Positions 1 to 8,760 of a stretch of 32,000 bases of DNA are shown here, one piece after another. Location: NCBI RefSeq assembly GCF_008065095.1, contig NZ_CP042911.1, positions 450,001 to 482,000 of the forward strand, given 5' to 3'. Under the pieces are notes generated by a model. It was not told where the DNA came from. It was given only the letters and a program-made list of their open reading frames with translations, and did not search any database. Source of the stretch: Gemmata obscuriglobus (lineage in GTDB: Bacteria; Planctomycetota; Planctomycetia; Gemmatales; Gemmataceae). The translations under genes were made by a program, and so were the position numbers. Position 1 is the stretch's first letter. The number at the start of each line of letters is the position of its first letter.

Positions 1-2078
1 ATCACCAGTGTGAACAACATTCCGGTCGCGAGGATGGGGACGTCCACTTGCATGGTGAGGGTCACGCTCTTCCCGCCCCCCTGGCCACCGGACAGCGTGC
101 TGGCGGCCTCGAACCCGTTCGCGAACAGCCCCAACAGGCAGCCCAGGAGCCCGCCCGCGAACGCGATCGCCAGCGACTCGATCATGAACGAAATGAGGAT
201 CTGCCAGCGCTTGAACCCGAGGATGCGCAGCACCCCCACCTCCTTGATGCGGGCGGCGATCGAGGCGAACATGGTGTTCATCACCCCGAAGATGCCCCCC
301 ACCGCCATGATGACCGCCATCATCACGATCGCGGTGAGGAACTGCTCGTTGGTCTTCGTCAGCTCCTTGTAGTAGTCGGGCTCCGAGAACGCCTTGAGCT
401 TGGCCTGGTCGTACACCTCGTTCAGGAAGTAGGCCATCGCTCGGGCCGAGGCGGCGGAGTCGTCGGCCATCCGGAGCACGAGCGTGGTGTACTTGTCCCC
501 CTTACCGGTGGCGCGCACGACGGGGTTCTCGATACCGGCCCACACCTCTGACCCGTAGGTGGTGCCGCGGGTGCGCATCAGCCCGACCACCTTCCACCAG
601 CGGTCGCCCAACTCGAACGTGTCGCCCACCGCGAGGCGCGCCTTGCCCGCGTCCTCGCCGAGCGTGGCCGCGGCGCCCTCGCCGATGCAGCACTGGAGGT
701 ACTCGCGCCCGTCCGGCGCCTTCGACCCGGGCTCCACGCCCGTCCCGGAGACCCACTGGCCGCCCGGCTCCAGGTCGATGTTGTGAACGGCGCCGCCGAG
801 CCGCACGTCCTGAAAGGCCCGCATCTGCACGAACCGCCGCTTCGGCGTTTCGCCCGGCTTGGGCGGGATCGCCTGGTTCATCACGATGTACGATTCGTAG
901 CTGTGCAGGTACGTGGCCCCCGGCAGGTCGCGCGGGGCGTCCGCCGGTAACCGGTCGAACGCTCCGCTCGGGCCGAACGTGCCGCGGGCGACGCCGACGC
1001 CCTTACCGCCGCCGATCGGCCGCCCCTTTTCGTCGGCCGTCAGGTTGGTGCGCATGGCGTTGTCGATCTCGCCGCCGCGCGCGAGGTTGCTGAACAACTC
1101 GTCCGTGGACCCCTCGGACATCACCAGCACGTTCCCGGGCACGCCCGTGGTCTCGTTCAGCTTGTACATCCCGTTGACGAACGCCAGCAGCACGACCACG
1201 AGCGCGACCACGACCGTAAAGGCCACCGCGGTGAGCGCGGTGTCCCGGCGGCGCACCCACAGGTAGCGGAAGTTGTACGCCAGCGGCACCTTGCCGATGA
1301 GCAACAGCAGGAGCAGGTCGGTGCCGTACACGACGAGCAGGACGAACGGCCACTGCTCGACCAGGGCGAGCGGCAGCAGCTTCCACAGCGGCACGCCCAG
1401 CACTGGGGCGAGGCGCGGGTTTCGGAGCAGTTGGAGCTTCGGGGACTTCGGGGCGCGCTCCTCCAACTCGGCTTCGGTCTCGGCCAGTTTGTCGCTCGCG
1501 TCCTTTTTGTCGCGCGGGTTAAGGTTCTGGCGGTTCGCCGCCTGTTGCAGCGACCGCACCTTGTCGAGCAGTTCGGGCGTGGTGAGCCACGTTTTGCCCT
1601 CGGGCAGTTCGGCCGGTTGCGGGTCGTCCGGGACGAAGTCCGTGACCGCGAAGCCGAGCACCTTCTTCGCCAGCGTGCCCATTTGCCCCCCGGCCGGCAG
1701 CGGGAGGCGGGACACCACCTCAATGGCGAACGCCGTGAGCGCGATCAGCACCACGAACCCCGCGCCCAGCGCGAACGCGCGCCGGAAGGTGCGCGCGAGC
1801 CGGGACCGCGCCGGACGAATGGAGTCGGTGAGCACGGCCTCGTTGGGCGCCACGGCGGGCAATGCGATCAGCAGCGCCGAGAGCGGCAGCAGCGAGAACC
1901 CGATAACGAACAGGGTTCCGACGAGGCTGAAAATGGTACGAAAGAACCGGGCCAACGTTTTTACCAGCCGCCGGCCGAAACCATCGCCGCCCCGGTCGAG
2001 GCTCAGGTTCTCGCCGGCGAGGCGGGCGCGGCCCTTCCGGGCCTCGGTCGGTTCGGGCGTCGCAGGGGCGTCGGTCAT
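1..2078 (-). CDS. ABC transporter permease, FtsX/MacB type (second permease of the cluster); C-terminus runs off the left edge; long N-terminal membrane extension
   Basis: Absent from the ORF track because its stop lies outside the window. Hand translation of the minus strand from ATG (complement of 2076-2078) stays open to base 1: MTDAPATPEPTEARKGRARLAGENLSL... The distal part reads ...NEQFLTAIVMMAVIMAVGGIFGVMNTMFASIAARIKEVGVLRILGFKRWQILISFMIESLAIAFAGGLLGCLLG..., a typical FtsX-domain TM block. The canonical first TM (TALTAVAFTVVVALVVVLLAFVNG) appears only about 270 residues in. Third codon positions are almost all G/C. Confidence 0.75.
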   Translation of the reverse strand, partial: MTDAPATPEPTEARKGRARLAGENLSLDRGGDGFGRRLVKTLARFFRTIFSLVGTLFVIGFSLLPLSALLIALPAVAPNEAVLTDSIRPARSRLARTFRRAFALGAGFVVLIALTAFAIEVVSRLPLPAGGQMGTLAKKVLGFAVTDFVPDDPQPAELPEGKTWLTTPELLDKVRSLQQAANRQNLNPRDKKDASDKLAETEAELEERAPKSPKLQLLRNPRLAPVLGVPLWKLLPLALVEQWPFVLLVVYGTDLLLLLLIGKVPLAYNFRYLWVRRRDTALTAVAFTVVVALVVVLLAFVNGMYKLNETTGVPGNVLVMSEGSTDELFSNLARGGEIDNAMRTNLTADEKGRPIGGGKGVGVARGTFGPSGAFDRLPADAPRDLPGATYLHSYESYIVMNQAIPPKPGETPKRRFVQMRAFQDVRLGGAVHNIDLEPGGQWVSGTGVEPGSKAPDGREYLQCCIGEGAAATLGEDAGKARLAVGDTFELGDRWWKVVGLMRTRGTTYGSEVWAGIENPVVRATGKGDKYTTLVLRMADDSAASARAMAYFLNEVYDQAKLKAFSEPDYYKELTKTNEQFLTAIVMMAVIMAVGGIFGVMNTMFASIAARIKEVGVLRILGFKRWQILISFMIESLAIAFAGGLLGCLLGLFANGFEAASTLSGGQGGGKSVTLTMQVDVPILATGMLFTLV

Positions 2079-2137
2079 CGGTGCGGGTTCCTGAAATTCT
2101 GTCGGTGGCTTGGGGCTCGCACCCCGCGCGACGCGGA

Positions 2138-2158
2138 CCGCGCCCGTACCGGGCGCGG
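2138..2158 (-). other. Intercistronic hairpin between the two permease genes
   Basis: CCGCGCCCG (2138-2146), loop TAC, CGGGCGCGG (2150-2158): a perfect 9-bp stem within the 156-nt gap (2079-2234). No U tract. Confidence 0.35.
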
Positions 2159-2234
2159 AAGCCTGTGCAGTACCTTTTACTTTGAGCGCGCCGGGGCACG
2201 GCGCGGGACGAGAGCCGTGTGCGACGACCGGGCC

Positions 2235-3878
2235 TCACGCCACGCGCGCGAACACCTCGGCCACCTTCACGTTCTTGGCGGCCAGCGCCGGACCGATGCA
2301 CCCCGCGAACGACACCGCCATTCCCAGGGCCGGGCCGTAGACGAGCGCGTTGGCGGGCACGAAGAACGCTCCAAAAAACATGATCTGGAACTTCACGTTC
2401 CCCAAGAGCCCGTAGGCCATCAGCGCACTCATCCCGCCCCCCAGGAACCCCACCAGCAGCGCCTCGCCGAGCACGATCAGCAGCACGTGCCGCGGGGCGA
2501 ACCCGAGCACCTTTAGCACCGCCATCTCGGTGCGGCGCTCGCGCACCGAGATGCTCAGCGCGTTGGCGACCACGAGGCTCATGATTCCGATCATCGCGGG
2601 CACCAGGATGAACTTGATGCCCCAGAAGATGTCCTTGAACGCCCCCAGCCAGGTGCCGATGCCGCTGGACGCCGTTTCGAGCTTGATCGGCACCTTGTTA
2701 AACTTCGCGGGATCGTTCACCTTCTGGCTCAGCACCTCGAACGCTTCTTTGGTCGGGAGCCGCACCCAAATGAGGTTGATGGACTTCTCGGCCATCGGGT
2801 GCTTTTCGCCCTTCGGGTTGGCCGTTCGGTCCCGCTCGTAGGCGTCGATCTGGCGGAGCAGATAGTCCTTGTTCATGAACGAGACGCCCTCGTACTTGCC
2901 GTCGGGCAGCTCGCCGATGATGGTGAAGTCGAACACCAAGTTCGGGTAGTTCACCCCGCTCAGTTTGAGGTTCTCGCCCACCTTCTTGTTCAGCGCCTTG
3001 AGCCGGCTCTTGCTCATCACGATGGCCTTGTCGTTCTTGGTCATCGCCTCGCACGCCCGGTCCAGCAGCTCCTTCTCCTGGCCGGTCAGTTCGTCCAGGC
3101 CGTCCATCATGGTCGTAACCTTGTTCGGCTCCAGCGCGAACAGGAACACCATGTTGTCCTTGCGCATGTTCACCTTGTCGGTGGTGCCGAGGATGAACGA
3201 CCAGCTCATGATGTCCTTGTCGCCGTTCGCCGGGCGCATCTCCGGCGGCAGCTCCTCCAGGCACACCCGCTTGAACTCCTCGTAGTACCCCGGCGGCATC
3301 TGGCTCGGGATGATCGTCTTGTGGGTGACGATGGCCTTGAAGTTCGCCTCCTTCTCGGTGGTGGCGTTCCCGATCATGTACAGCACCGCGTAGATCAGGC
3401 ACAGCACCAGCGTGAGCACGAACAGCGCGAGGTACGTGAGCGAGCTGCGGAGCATGCTGCGGCGCAGCCCGCGGAACATCATGAGCAGCAGGCGCCGCGG
3501 GAACATCGGGAGCAGCGGTACCGACGCCCCGAGGAGCGCGGCCGCGGTCGGCGCGACCAACAGATACCCGAGAAACTTCAACAGCGTGCCCAACAGCGCG
3601 GCCGGCATCGGCAGCGTGGTCAGCACCGGCTGCAGCGCAAAGCACCCTGAACAAACTAAACTGCACGTCCCGATTACGCCCCAGCGGAGTACCGGTCGGG
3701 CCTCATCGGTCGCCAGCTCGAAGTTCCACAACGTCAAGAAAAACGCGGGGAGGGTGATCGTGCCCAGGGCGATCCCGCCGCCGATCAGCCCGACCAGCGC
3801 GCCGAACATGTAAGCGGCGAGCTGGAGCATGGACGTGTCGTACCCGAACCCGCCCGTTTCCATCGGCATGCCGAACAT
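2235..3878 (-). CDS. ABC transporter permease, FtsX/MacB type (first permease), with ~140-aa N-terminal multi-TM extension
   Basis: 547-aa ORF. The C-terminal part, RRTEMAVLKVLGFAPRHVLLIVLGEALLVGFLGGGMSALMAYGLL, matches the FtsX domain. A large extracytoplasmic domain lies between TM1 (LTYLALFVLTLVLCLIYAVLYMIG) and the FtsX block. Extra hydrophobic helices precede TM1. It follows the ATPase gene on the same strand. Confidence 0.85.
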   Translation of the reverse strand: MFGMPMETGGFGYDTSMLQLAAYMFGALVGLIGGGIALGTITLPAFFLTLWNFELATDEARPVLRWGVIGTCSLVCSGCFALQPVLTTLPMPAALLGTLLKFLGYLLVAPTAAALLGASVPLLPMFPRRLLLMMFRGLRRSMLRSSLTYLALFVLTLVLCLIYAVLYMIGNATTEKEANFKAIVTHKTIIPSQMPPGYYEEFKRVCLEELPPEMRPANGDKDIMSWSFILGTTDKVNMRKDNMVFLFALEPNKVTTMMDGLDELTGQEKELLDRACEAMTKNDKAIVMSKSRLKALNKKVGENLKLSGVNYPNLVFDFTIIGELPDGKYEGVSFMNKDYLLRQIDAYERDRTANPKGEKHPMAEKSINLIWVRLPTKEAFEVLSQKVNDPAKFNKVPIKLETASSGIGTWLGAFKDIFWGIKFILVPAMIGIMSLVVANALSISVRERRTEMAVLKVLGFAPRHVLLIVLGEALLVGFLGGGMSALMAYGLLGNVKFQIMFFGAFFVPANALVYGPALGMAVSFAGCIGPALAAKNVKVAEVFARVA

Positions 3879-3997
3879 GATGTTTTGGTGTTTGGGTGTT
3901 GGTATTCGGTTGTTGGTGTCTGGTGTTCAGCCGTTATCGCGGCCGGGCGCCGTCGCGAGTTACAGGTCGCCAAATGCTCAACACCGAATCCCAGGAA

Positions 3998-4702
3998 CTA
4001 AGCGTGCACGGCAGCGGTGTCGTGGACCAGTTGCCCCTTCTCCAGGTGCAGCGTGCGCTGCGCCCGGCCGGCGGCCTTCGGGTCGTGCGTGACCATGATG
4101 ATCGTCTTGCCCAACTGCGAGCGCAGGATCTCCATCAACTGGAGGATCTCGTCGGCGCTCTTGGTGTCGAGGTCGCCGGTCGGCTCGTCCGCGACGATGA
4201 GCGTCGGGTCGGTGACCATCGCGCGGGCGATGCCGACCCGCTGCTGCTGGCCGCCGGAGAGCTGCCCGGGGCGGTGGTCCATGCGGTTCGTGAGCCCCAC
4301 CAGGCCGAGGGCCGTCTCCACCTGCTTGCGCCGCTGCTCCTTCGTGAGGTTGAGTAGCAGCAGCGGCAGCTCGACGTTCTCATAGGCCGTCAGCACCGGG
4401 AGCAGGTAGTAGAACTGGAACACGAACCCGACGTGCCGGGTGCGCCACCGCGCCAGCTCGCTCTCCGACATCGCGGAGATGACGTTCTCGCCGACGGTGA
4501 TGCTGCCGTCCGTCGGCGTGTCGAGCCCGGCGATGAGGTTCAGGAGCGTCGTCTTGCCGCTCCCCGACGGCCCCATCAGGGCCAAGAACTCGGCCTCGCC
4601 CACGTCGAGCGTGAGGTCCCGGAGCACGTGGATCGATTCGGTGCCGCGGGTGAACGATTTGTGCAGGTCGCGCACCTGCACGATGGCGCGGGAAGTGGTC
4701 AT
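3998..4702 (-). CDS. ABC transporter ATP-binding protein (MacB/LolD-like NBD, stand-alone)
   Basis: Walker A GPSGSGKTT, signature LSGGQQQR, Walker B LIVADEPT, H-loop VTHD. GAGGAG lies 3 nt upstream of the ATG at 4702. Confidence 0.95.
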   Translation of the reverse strand: MTTSRAIVQVRDLHKSFTRGTESIHVLRDLTLDVGEAEFLALMGPSGSGKTTLLNLIAGLDTPTDGSITVGENVISAMSESELARWRTRHVGFVFQFYYLLPVLTAYENVELPLLLLNLTKEQRRKQVETALGLVGLTNRMDHRPGQLSGGQQQRVGIARAMVTDPTLIVADEPTGDLDTKSADEILQLMEILRSQLGKTIIMVTHDPKAAGRAQRTLHLEKGQLVHDTAAVHA

Positions 4703-4741
4703 CGGCTCCTCGTGTGCGGTTGCGGCGTCACTCGTCCAGCG

Positions 4742-6112
4742 TCACTTTTTCCCGGGCCACGCCTTGCCCCAGGCCGCAGCCCGCTGCGCCTCGTCGCCCC
4801 ACTGGAGGTCGGTCGCGGGCGAGGGCTCGAACAGGCTCTCGTACACGGTCGCGGTGACGCTCATCTTGGGCTTCAGGAACGCGTCCCGGTCGTTGTCGAG
4901 TTCGTCCTTCGCCAGGTAGGCCCGGATGCGCACCTTCACCACGTTCTTGGTGTCGTCCGCGATCGGCATCACCCGGTCCACGACGCCGCGGTACTCCCGG
5001 TTCGGGTCGGCGTCCGCCTGGAGTTTGCACCGCTGGCCCGGCCTGATTTTGGTCACTTGCCGCTCGGGCACGTCGATCTCCACCTCCAGCTTCGCGAGGT
5101 CCGCGATGAGGCAGATGCCGGCCGCGACGTTGAACGAGTTCGGGCTCACCAGCGCGCCCTTGTCCGCGGACTTCGTCAGGATGGTGCCGTCGATGGGCGC
5201 CGTAACCACGCAGTTCTCGACCAGACGCCTGGCCTCGTCGCAGCGGGCCTTCGCGGCGCTCAGATCGGCCTTGGCGGACCGTACCGTCGCGTCGGCGGTT
5301 TTGGAGTCGGCCTCGGCGGCCTCGATCTCGCGCTTCGCGGCCTGAATGTCCGCCTCGGCGGCAACGCGGTCGGCGTCCGCGGCCTGCTTGTCGGCGTCAA
5401 ACCTCTGGTAATCTTGGAGCGAGATGCCGCCGCCCACCCGCTGCTGCTGCGCCTGCTCGAAGTCCTTGGTGGCGCGCCCCTGGAGGGCGATCGCGCGGGT
5501 CAACCGGGCCTCGGCCGAGGCCAGTGCGGACTTTACCTTCGCCACCTTGGCCGCGGCCCCGATCAAGCCGGCTTCGGCGCGCGTCACCTGGGCCTCGGCG
5601 GCGGCCACCGACGCCACCTCCGTGTTGTGCCGGTTCGCGTACAGGTGATCGAGCAGCGTGGCGAGCCGGTCGCCCTTTTTCACCCGTTTGCCTTCGACGA
5701 AGTAGACCTCGGTGATTTCCGCGGCCACGTCCCGCGGGCTGACCGTGATCTGAAGGGACGGGATCACGTTGCCCTTCAGTTGGGTCACCAGCGCGCCGGC
5801 CTCGACCTCCGGCGTGCTCGGGCCGCGGGCCGGGCCGGGCGACGCCGGAGCGTTGCCGGCGGCCGGTGCGGTTGTGGGGGCTGCGCCGGCGGGCGCGTCG
5901 TCGGCCCGCTGCCCGCCCTTCTGGTACGACCGCACGCCGACGCCCGCCCACGCCGCCGCGAGCAGCCCGCACAGCACCCACGGGAGCCACGAGCCGCCGC
6001 GGACGCCCGCGCCGCCCTTGCCGATCTGGTTGTCGAGCCGGAGTTGCTGGACCCGGTTCACGAGGTCGCCGTTCATCGAGGCGCTCGGCCCGGGTTCGGT
6101 CGAAACAGCCAT
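4742..6112 (-). CDS. HlyD-family periplasmic adaptor (membrane fusion protein) of the ABC system
   Basis: N-terminal TM anchor (WLPWVLCGLLAAAWAGVGV), lipoyl-like motif (VEGKRVKKGDRLATL), a long A/E/R-rich coiled-coil segment, and a C-terminal beta-rich part. The ATG at 6112 is 3 nt downstream of the tetR stop. Confidence 0.85.
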   Translation of the reverse strand: MAVSTEPGPSASMNGDLVNRVQQLRLDNQIGKGGAGVRGGSWLPWVLCGLLAAAWAGVGVRSYQKGGQRADDAPAGAAPTTAPAAGNAPASPGPARGPSTPEVEAGALVTQLKGNVIPSLQITVSPRDVAAEITEVYFVEGKRVKKGDRLATLLDHLYANRHNTEVASVAAAEAQVTRAEAGLIGAAAKVAKVKSALASAEARLTRAIALQGRATKDFEQAQQQRVGGGISLQDYQRFDADKQAADADRVAAEADIQAAKREIEAAEADSKTADATVRSAKADLSAAKARCDEARRLVENCVVTAPIDGTILTKSADKGALVSPNSFNVAAGICLIADLAKLEVEIDVPERQVTKIRPGQRCKLQADADPNREYRGVVDRVMPIADDTKNVVKVRIRAYLAKDELDNDRDAFLKPKMSVTATVYESLFEPSPATDLQWGDEAQRAAAWGKAWPGKK

Positions 6113-6115
6113 ACG

Positions 6116-6841
6116 TTAGCCCTCGCTCCCCGGCGCGCCGGGGGTGGGTGAATCGGGCACCGGCGCGAACAGTGGTGCGAACAGTTTCGTCACCGCGCCG
6201 AGCATCTCCGTCCGGTCGAACGCCTCCGGGTCCATCATGAGCTGCACGTCCAACCCGTGAATCAGAGCCTGAACGAGTGCCGCCGCCACCCGCGGCGGGG
6301 CGAACCGCGGCTCGGGTACGCTCCCGGCCACATCGGCGGCGATGAACGAACGCCACTCGGCGTACCACTGGGCGAGCCGCTTGCGGTACTCCTCGCGGTG
6401 CCCGGTCTGCGCGAGAAACGTGAACAGGATGCTGAGGAGGCTCTGTGCCGGGGGCGTCGGCCACGCGGGGGCGAGGTGCCGCTCCAAGGCGAACCGGAAG
6501 CACTCCCCGGCGCGGCCGGTCTGCGGCTTCGGCCCGTCCTCACTCTGGAACTCGCTAATCATCCGCCGCAGCATCCGGTCGTGGACCGCGAGCAGGATCG
6601 ATTCCTTGGTCGGGAAGTAGTACGTCAGTTGCCCGCGACTCATCCCGGCCCGCTCTTCGATCCGCCCGAGCGACAGGTGCTGGATGCCGTGGCCGGCGAT
6701 GATGGCCTCCGCCGCATCCAGGATCTGCTCGCGCCGGGTGACCGCGATCTCCGATAGCCCCACCGCCGGGTCACTCAACCCGCGGATCGGGTGCTTGTGC
6801 AGCTCTTCACAAGCATTCGCTTCTCGCACCGTGTCATCCAT
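6116..6841 (-). CDS. TetR-family transcriptional regulator (first gene of the ABC efflux operon)
   Basis: HTH region ILDAAEAIIAGHGIQHLSLGRIEERAGMSRGQLTYYFPTKESILLAV. ATG at the complement of 6839-6841. Confidence 0.85.
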   Translation of the reverse strand: MDDTVREANACEELHKHPIRGLSDPAVGLSEIAVTRREQILDAAEAIIAGHGIQHLSLGRIEERAGMSRGQLTYYFPTKESILLAVHDRMLRRMISEFQSEDGPKPQTGRAGECFRFALERHLAPAWPTPPAQSLLSILFTFLAQTGHREEYRKRLAQWYAEWRSFIAADVAGSVPEPRFAPPRVAAALVQALIHGLDVQLMMDPEAFDRTEMLGAVTKLFAPLFAPVPDSPTPGAPGSEG

Positions 6842-6903
6842 CAGAAAAACGCCGCCCTCTAAGTAATATTGAGAGCGGACGTTCCGTCGAAGGGTCTGAA
6901 GCG

Positions 6904-6919
6904 TAGACCAAGAGGTCTA
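6904..6919. promoter_or_regulatory. Palindrome TAGACC-AAGA-GGTCTA, candidate TetR operator in the divergent tetR / TolC-like control region
   Basis: Perfect 6-nt arms with a 4-nt spacer, about 63 nt upstream of the tetR ATG (6841). A second imperfect 19-nt palindrome, CTCTAAGTAATATTGAGAG, lies at 6857-6875. Confidence 0.4.
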
Positions 6920-7118
6920 TTTACAATGGCCTGATAGTAGACTGACCAGACTAGGCCGTCAAGACGAACTCAGGCGAAAGGGCGAATTTCCAGCAGACCC
7001 CAGCTTCACAGCCGGCGGAACTCATCACCGGGGTAATCGGCGCGATTCGGGCGATCGGCTCAAACGGCGCCATTGATTCGTCCGATGTAAAGGAGAACGG
7101 ACTTGATTGGGAGGCGGT

Positions 7119-8360
7119 ATGCGTGTGGTGCTCGGAGCGTGTGCGCTCGCGTTCGGCGTTGCCGCCGGGTGCCGCGCGCCTGCGCCGGCTCCGCCCGCCT
7201 TCGCGCCGCGGGCTACTGTCGCAGCGAACGCTCCCGAACTCCCGCTCGCCGCCCCCGACCGGGTCGAGCCCGATGTGAGCCGGCTCGCGCGGACGCCCAT
7301 CAAGCCCATCAGCGCGAGTGCCGAAATCGCTTACCGGCGCCTCACCGAGCCGGCGTGCCAGGCACTCGCGGCGCAACACACACCGGCCGCAAACGCGCTG
7401 GACGAAGAGGGGCGTGCCCCCGCCGCGTGTGAACGCCGGACCGACGAATTGAAGCGCGTGTTGCGGTTCTGTGCGGCGCTCGAGCTACGGAACCGGTCGG
7501 CGGCCGATGCCGCGGAGCGGTTCTTTCAGCTCGCAGCCGTGGAGGGCCAGACGGACTTCCTCCGGGAGGCCTTTCCCCGCCTCGACGAGTTACTCGATAA
7601 GGCGAAGGGCGCAAGGGCCGCGAACGTGCGGTTCCCCCTCGACCCGGCCGATTTGGAGCGGCAACGCGTCCAGATGCTGACGCAGCTCGAGCAGGCGGAA
7701 GCCGGCAGCGCACTACTCAACATCGACCTGAAACGCCGCTTGGGACAGCCGGCGGTGAGCGAGCGGCTGTGGCCGAGCGGGGACTTCGGCATCCAAACGG
7801 AGGTGCCTCACGTCGAAGAGGAAGTGACCGCCGCGCTCGCGGATCGGCCAGAGTTGCGCGGGCTACGCGCGCTTCACGCGGGCCTGATTCCGGACGCACT
7901 TCCACTCGCGCGAGAGCACTTGCGGGGAACCAACCCCTTGCTCGGTTCCGCCCCTCCCCCGCCCCGGGGGCTGGCCAGATTACTGCGTCGCAGCGCAAGC
8001 GCCGAAACGCTGTCCGAACTTGAGGTGCGCAGGAAACAGCTCGCGGACCTGATCGAAGCGCGGGAGCGGGCGGTCGCGGACGAGACGCGGGCCGCGGTGG
8101 TGTCACTGACGGCACAGGCGCGGAAGGTGCAACTGGCGCGTGACCGGCTCGACCTCTGGGCCGCGCAGCGAACAGACGCCGTGAAGAAGCGCGAAGCGAA
8201 CCAGCCCGGGGCCGAGTTGCTCGAAGCACAGGTCACCCTCGAATGGCTCAAAGCACGCACGGAAGTGGTCGGGGAGGTGATGGCGTGGCACACCGCCCGC
8301 GTGCGCTTAAAAGCCGCGAAGGGCTGGCTCGCCTGGGAGTGTTTGGGCGCGGGGCGGTGA
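7119..8360 (+). CDS. TolC-like outer-membrane efflux lipoprotein (OMF/NodT-like)
   Basis: MRVVLGACALAFGVAAGC is a signal peptide with a lipobox-like Cys. The body consists of two long helical repeats with OMF-like segments (LTQLEQAEAGSALLNIDLKRRLG; LEAQVTLEWLKARTEVVGEVMAWHTARVRLKAAKG). GGGAGG lies at 7109-7114 before the ATG at 7119; the track begins at TTG 7107. The gene is divergent from the efflux operon. Confidence 0.6.
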   Translation: MRVVLGACALAFGVAAGCRAPAPAPPAFAPRATVAANAPELPLAAPDRVEPDVSRLARTPIKPISASAEIAYRRLTEPACQALAAQHTPAANALDEEGRAPAACERRTDELKRVLRFCAALELRNRSAADAAERFFQLAAVEGQTDFLREAFPRLDELLDKAKGARAANVRFPLDPADLERQRVQMLTQLEQAEAGSALLNIDLKRRLGQPAVSERLWPSGDFGIQTEVPHVEEEVTAALADRPELRGLRALHAGLIPDALPLAREHLRGTNPLLGSAPPPPRGLARLLRRSASAETLSELEVRRKQLADLIEARERAVADETRAAVVSLTAQARKVQLARDRLDLWAAQRTDAVKKREANQPGAELLEAQVTLEWLKARTEVVGEVMAWHTARVRLKAAKGWLAWECLGAGR

Positions 8361-8607
8361 AACTTCGAATGCCGCAAGTCGCCAGGCGGAACGAGCGGCG
8401 CCCGGGCCACTCGCACGACTTGAGCACGGTGCGGGTGTCGCGCATCGCCTGTACCACAATGTCCGGCAGCGCCTTGTGAAACTCCGAAGCCCGGCTCGGT
8501 GCGGGAACGCGACCAAGTTGTACAAGGGCTTCTGTGATGTGCATACGGCTGGAACGCTCAGCCGTAGGACGCGAACAGATTTGAGGCAACCGCGCACAAG
8601 TCAGATA

Positions 8608-8638
8608 CGTCGCGGGGCGGAAACGTGCACCCGCGACG
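8608..8638. terminator. Hairpin in the convergent gap between the TolC-like and DUF1501 genes (weak terminator candidate)
   Basis: CGTCGCGGG (8608-8616), a 13-nt loop, and CCCGCGACG (8630-8638): a perfect 9-bp stem. No U tract. Confidence 0.3.
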
Positions 8639-8760
8639 AAACGCAGCGCGGCCGATTTGCGGTGCGGCTGAAATGCGCCCCCGCGGTCGGCACGCGCACG
8701 GGCTACCGGTCCGTTGTCGCGCGGGCCTTCGGCTCAGCGACTTGCCCCGCCCCGCCGGTG

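Noticed and set aside
4433-6151. 572-aa plus-strand ORF opposite the HlyD adaptor. The same applies to the antisense ORFs 1431-2516, 2698-3666, 2799-3650 and 5397-6503.
   Set aside because: They have low-complexity R/G/A/P/H composition and overlap genes with clear family motifs on the other strand. They are GC-driven artefacts.
8248-8589. 113-aa minus-strand ORF (and 8307-8597) as a real gene in the TolC-like/DUF1501 gap
   Set aside because: It overlaps the 3' end of the TolC-like gene by more than 100 nt and has a mostly R/P/S-rich translation, with only a short stretch of coding-like bias. I keep it only as a possible remnant (see the findings).
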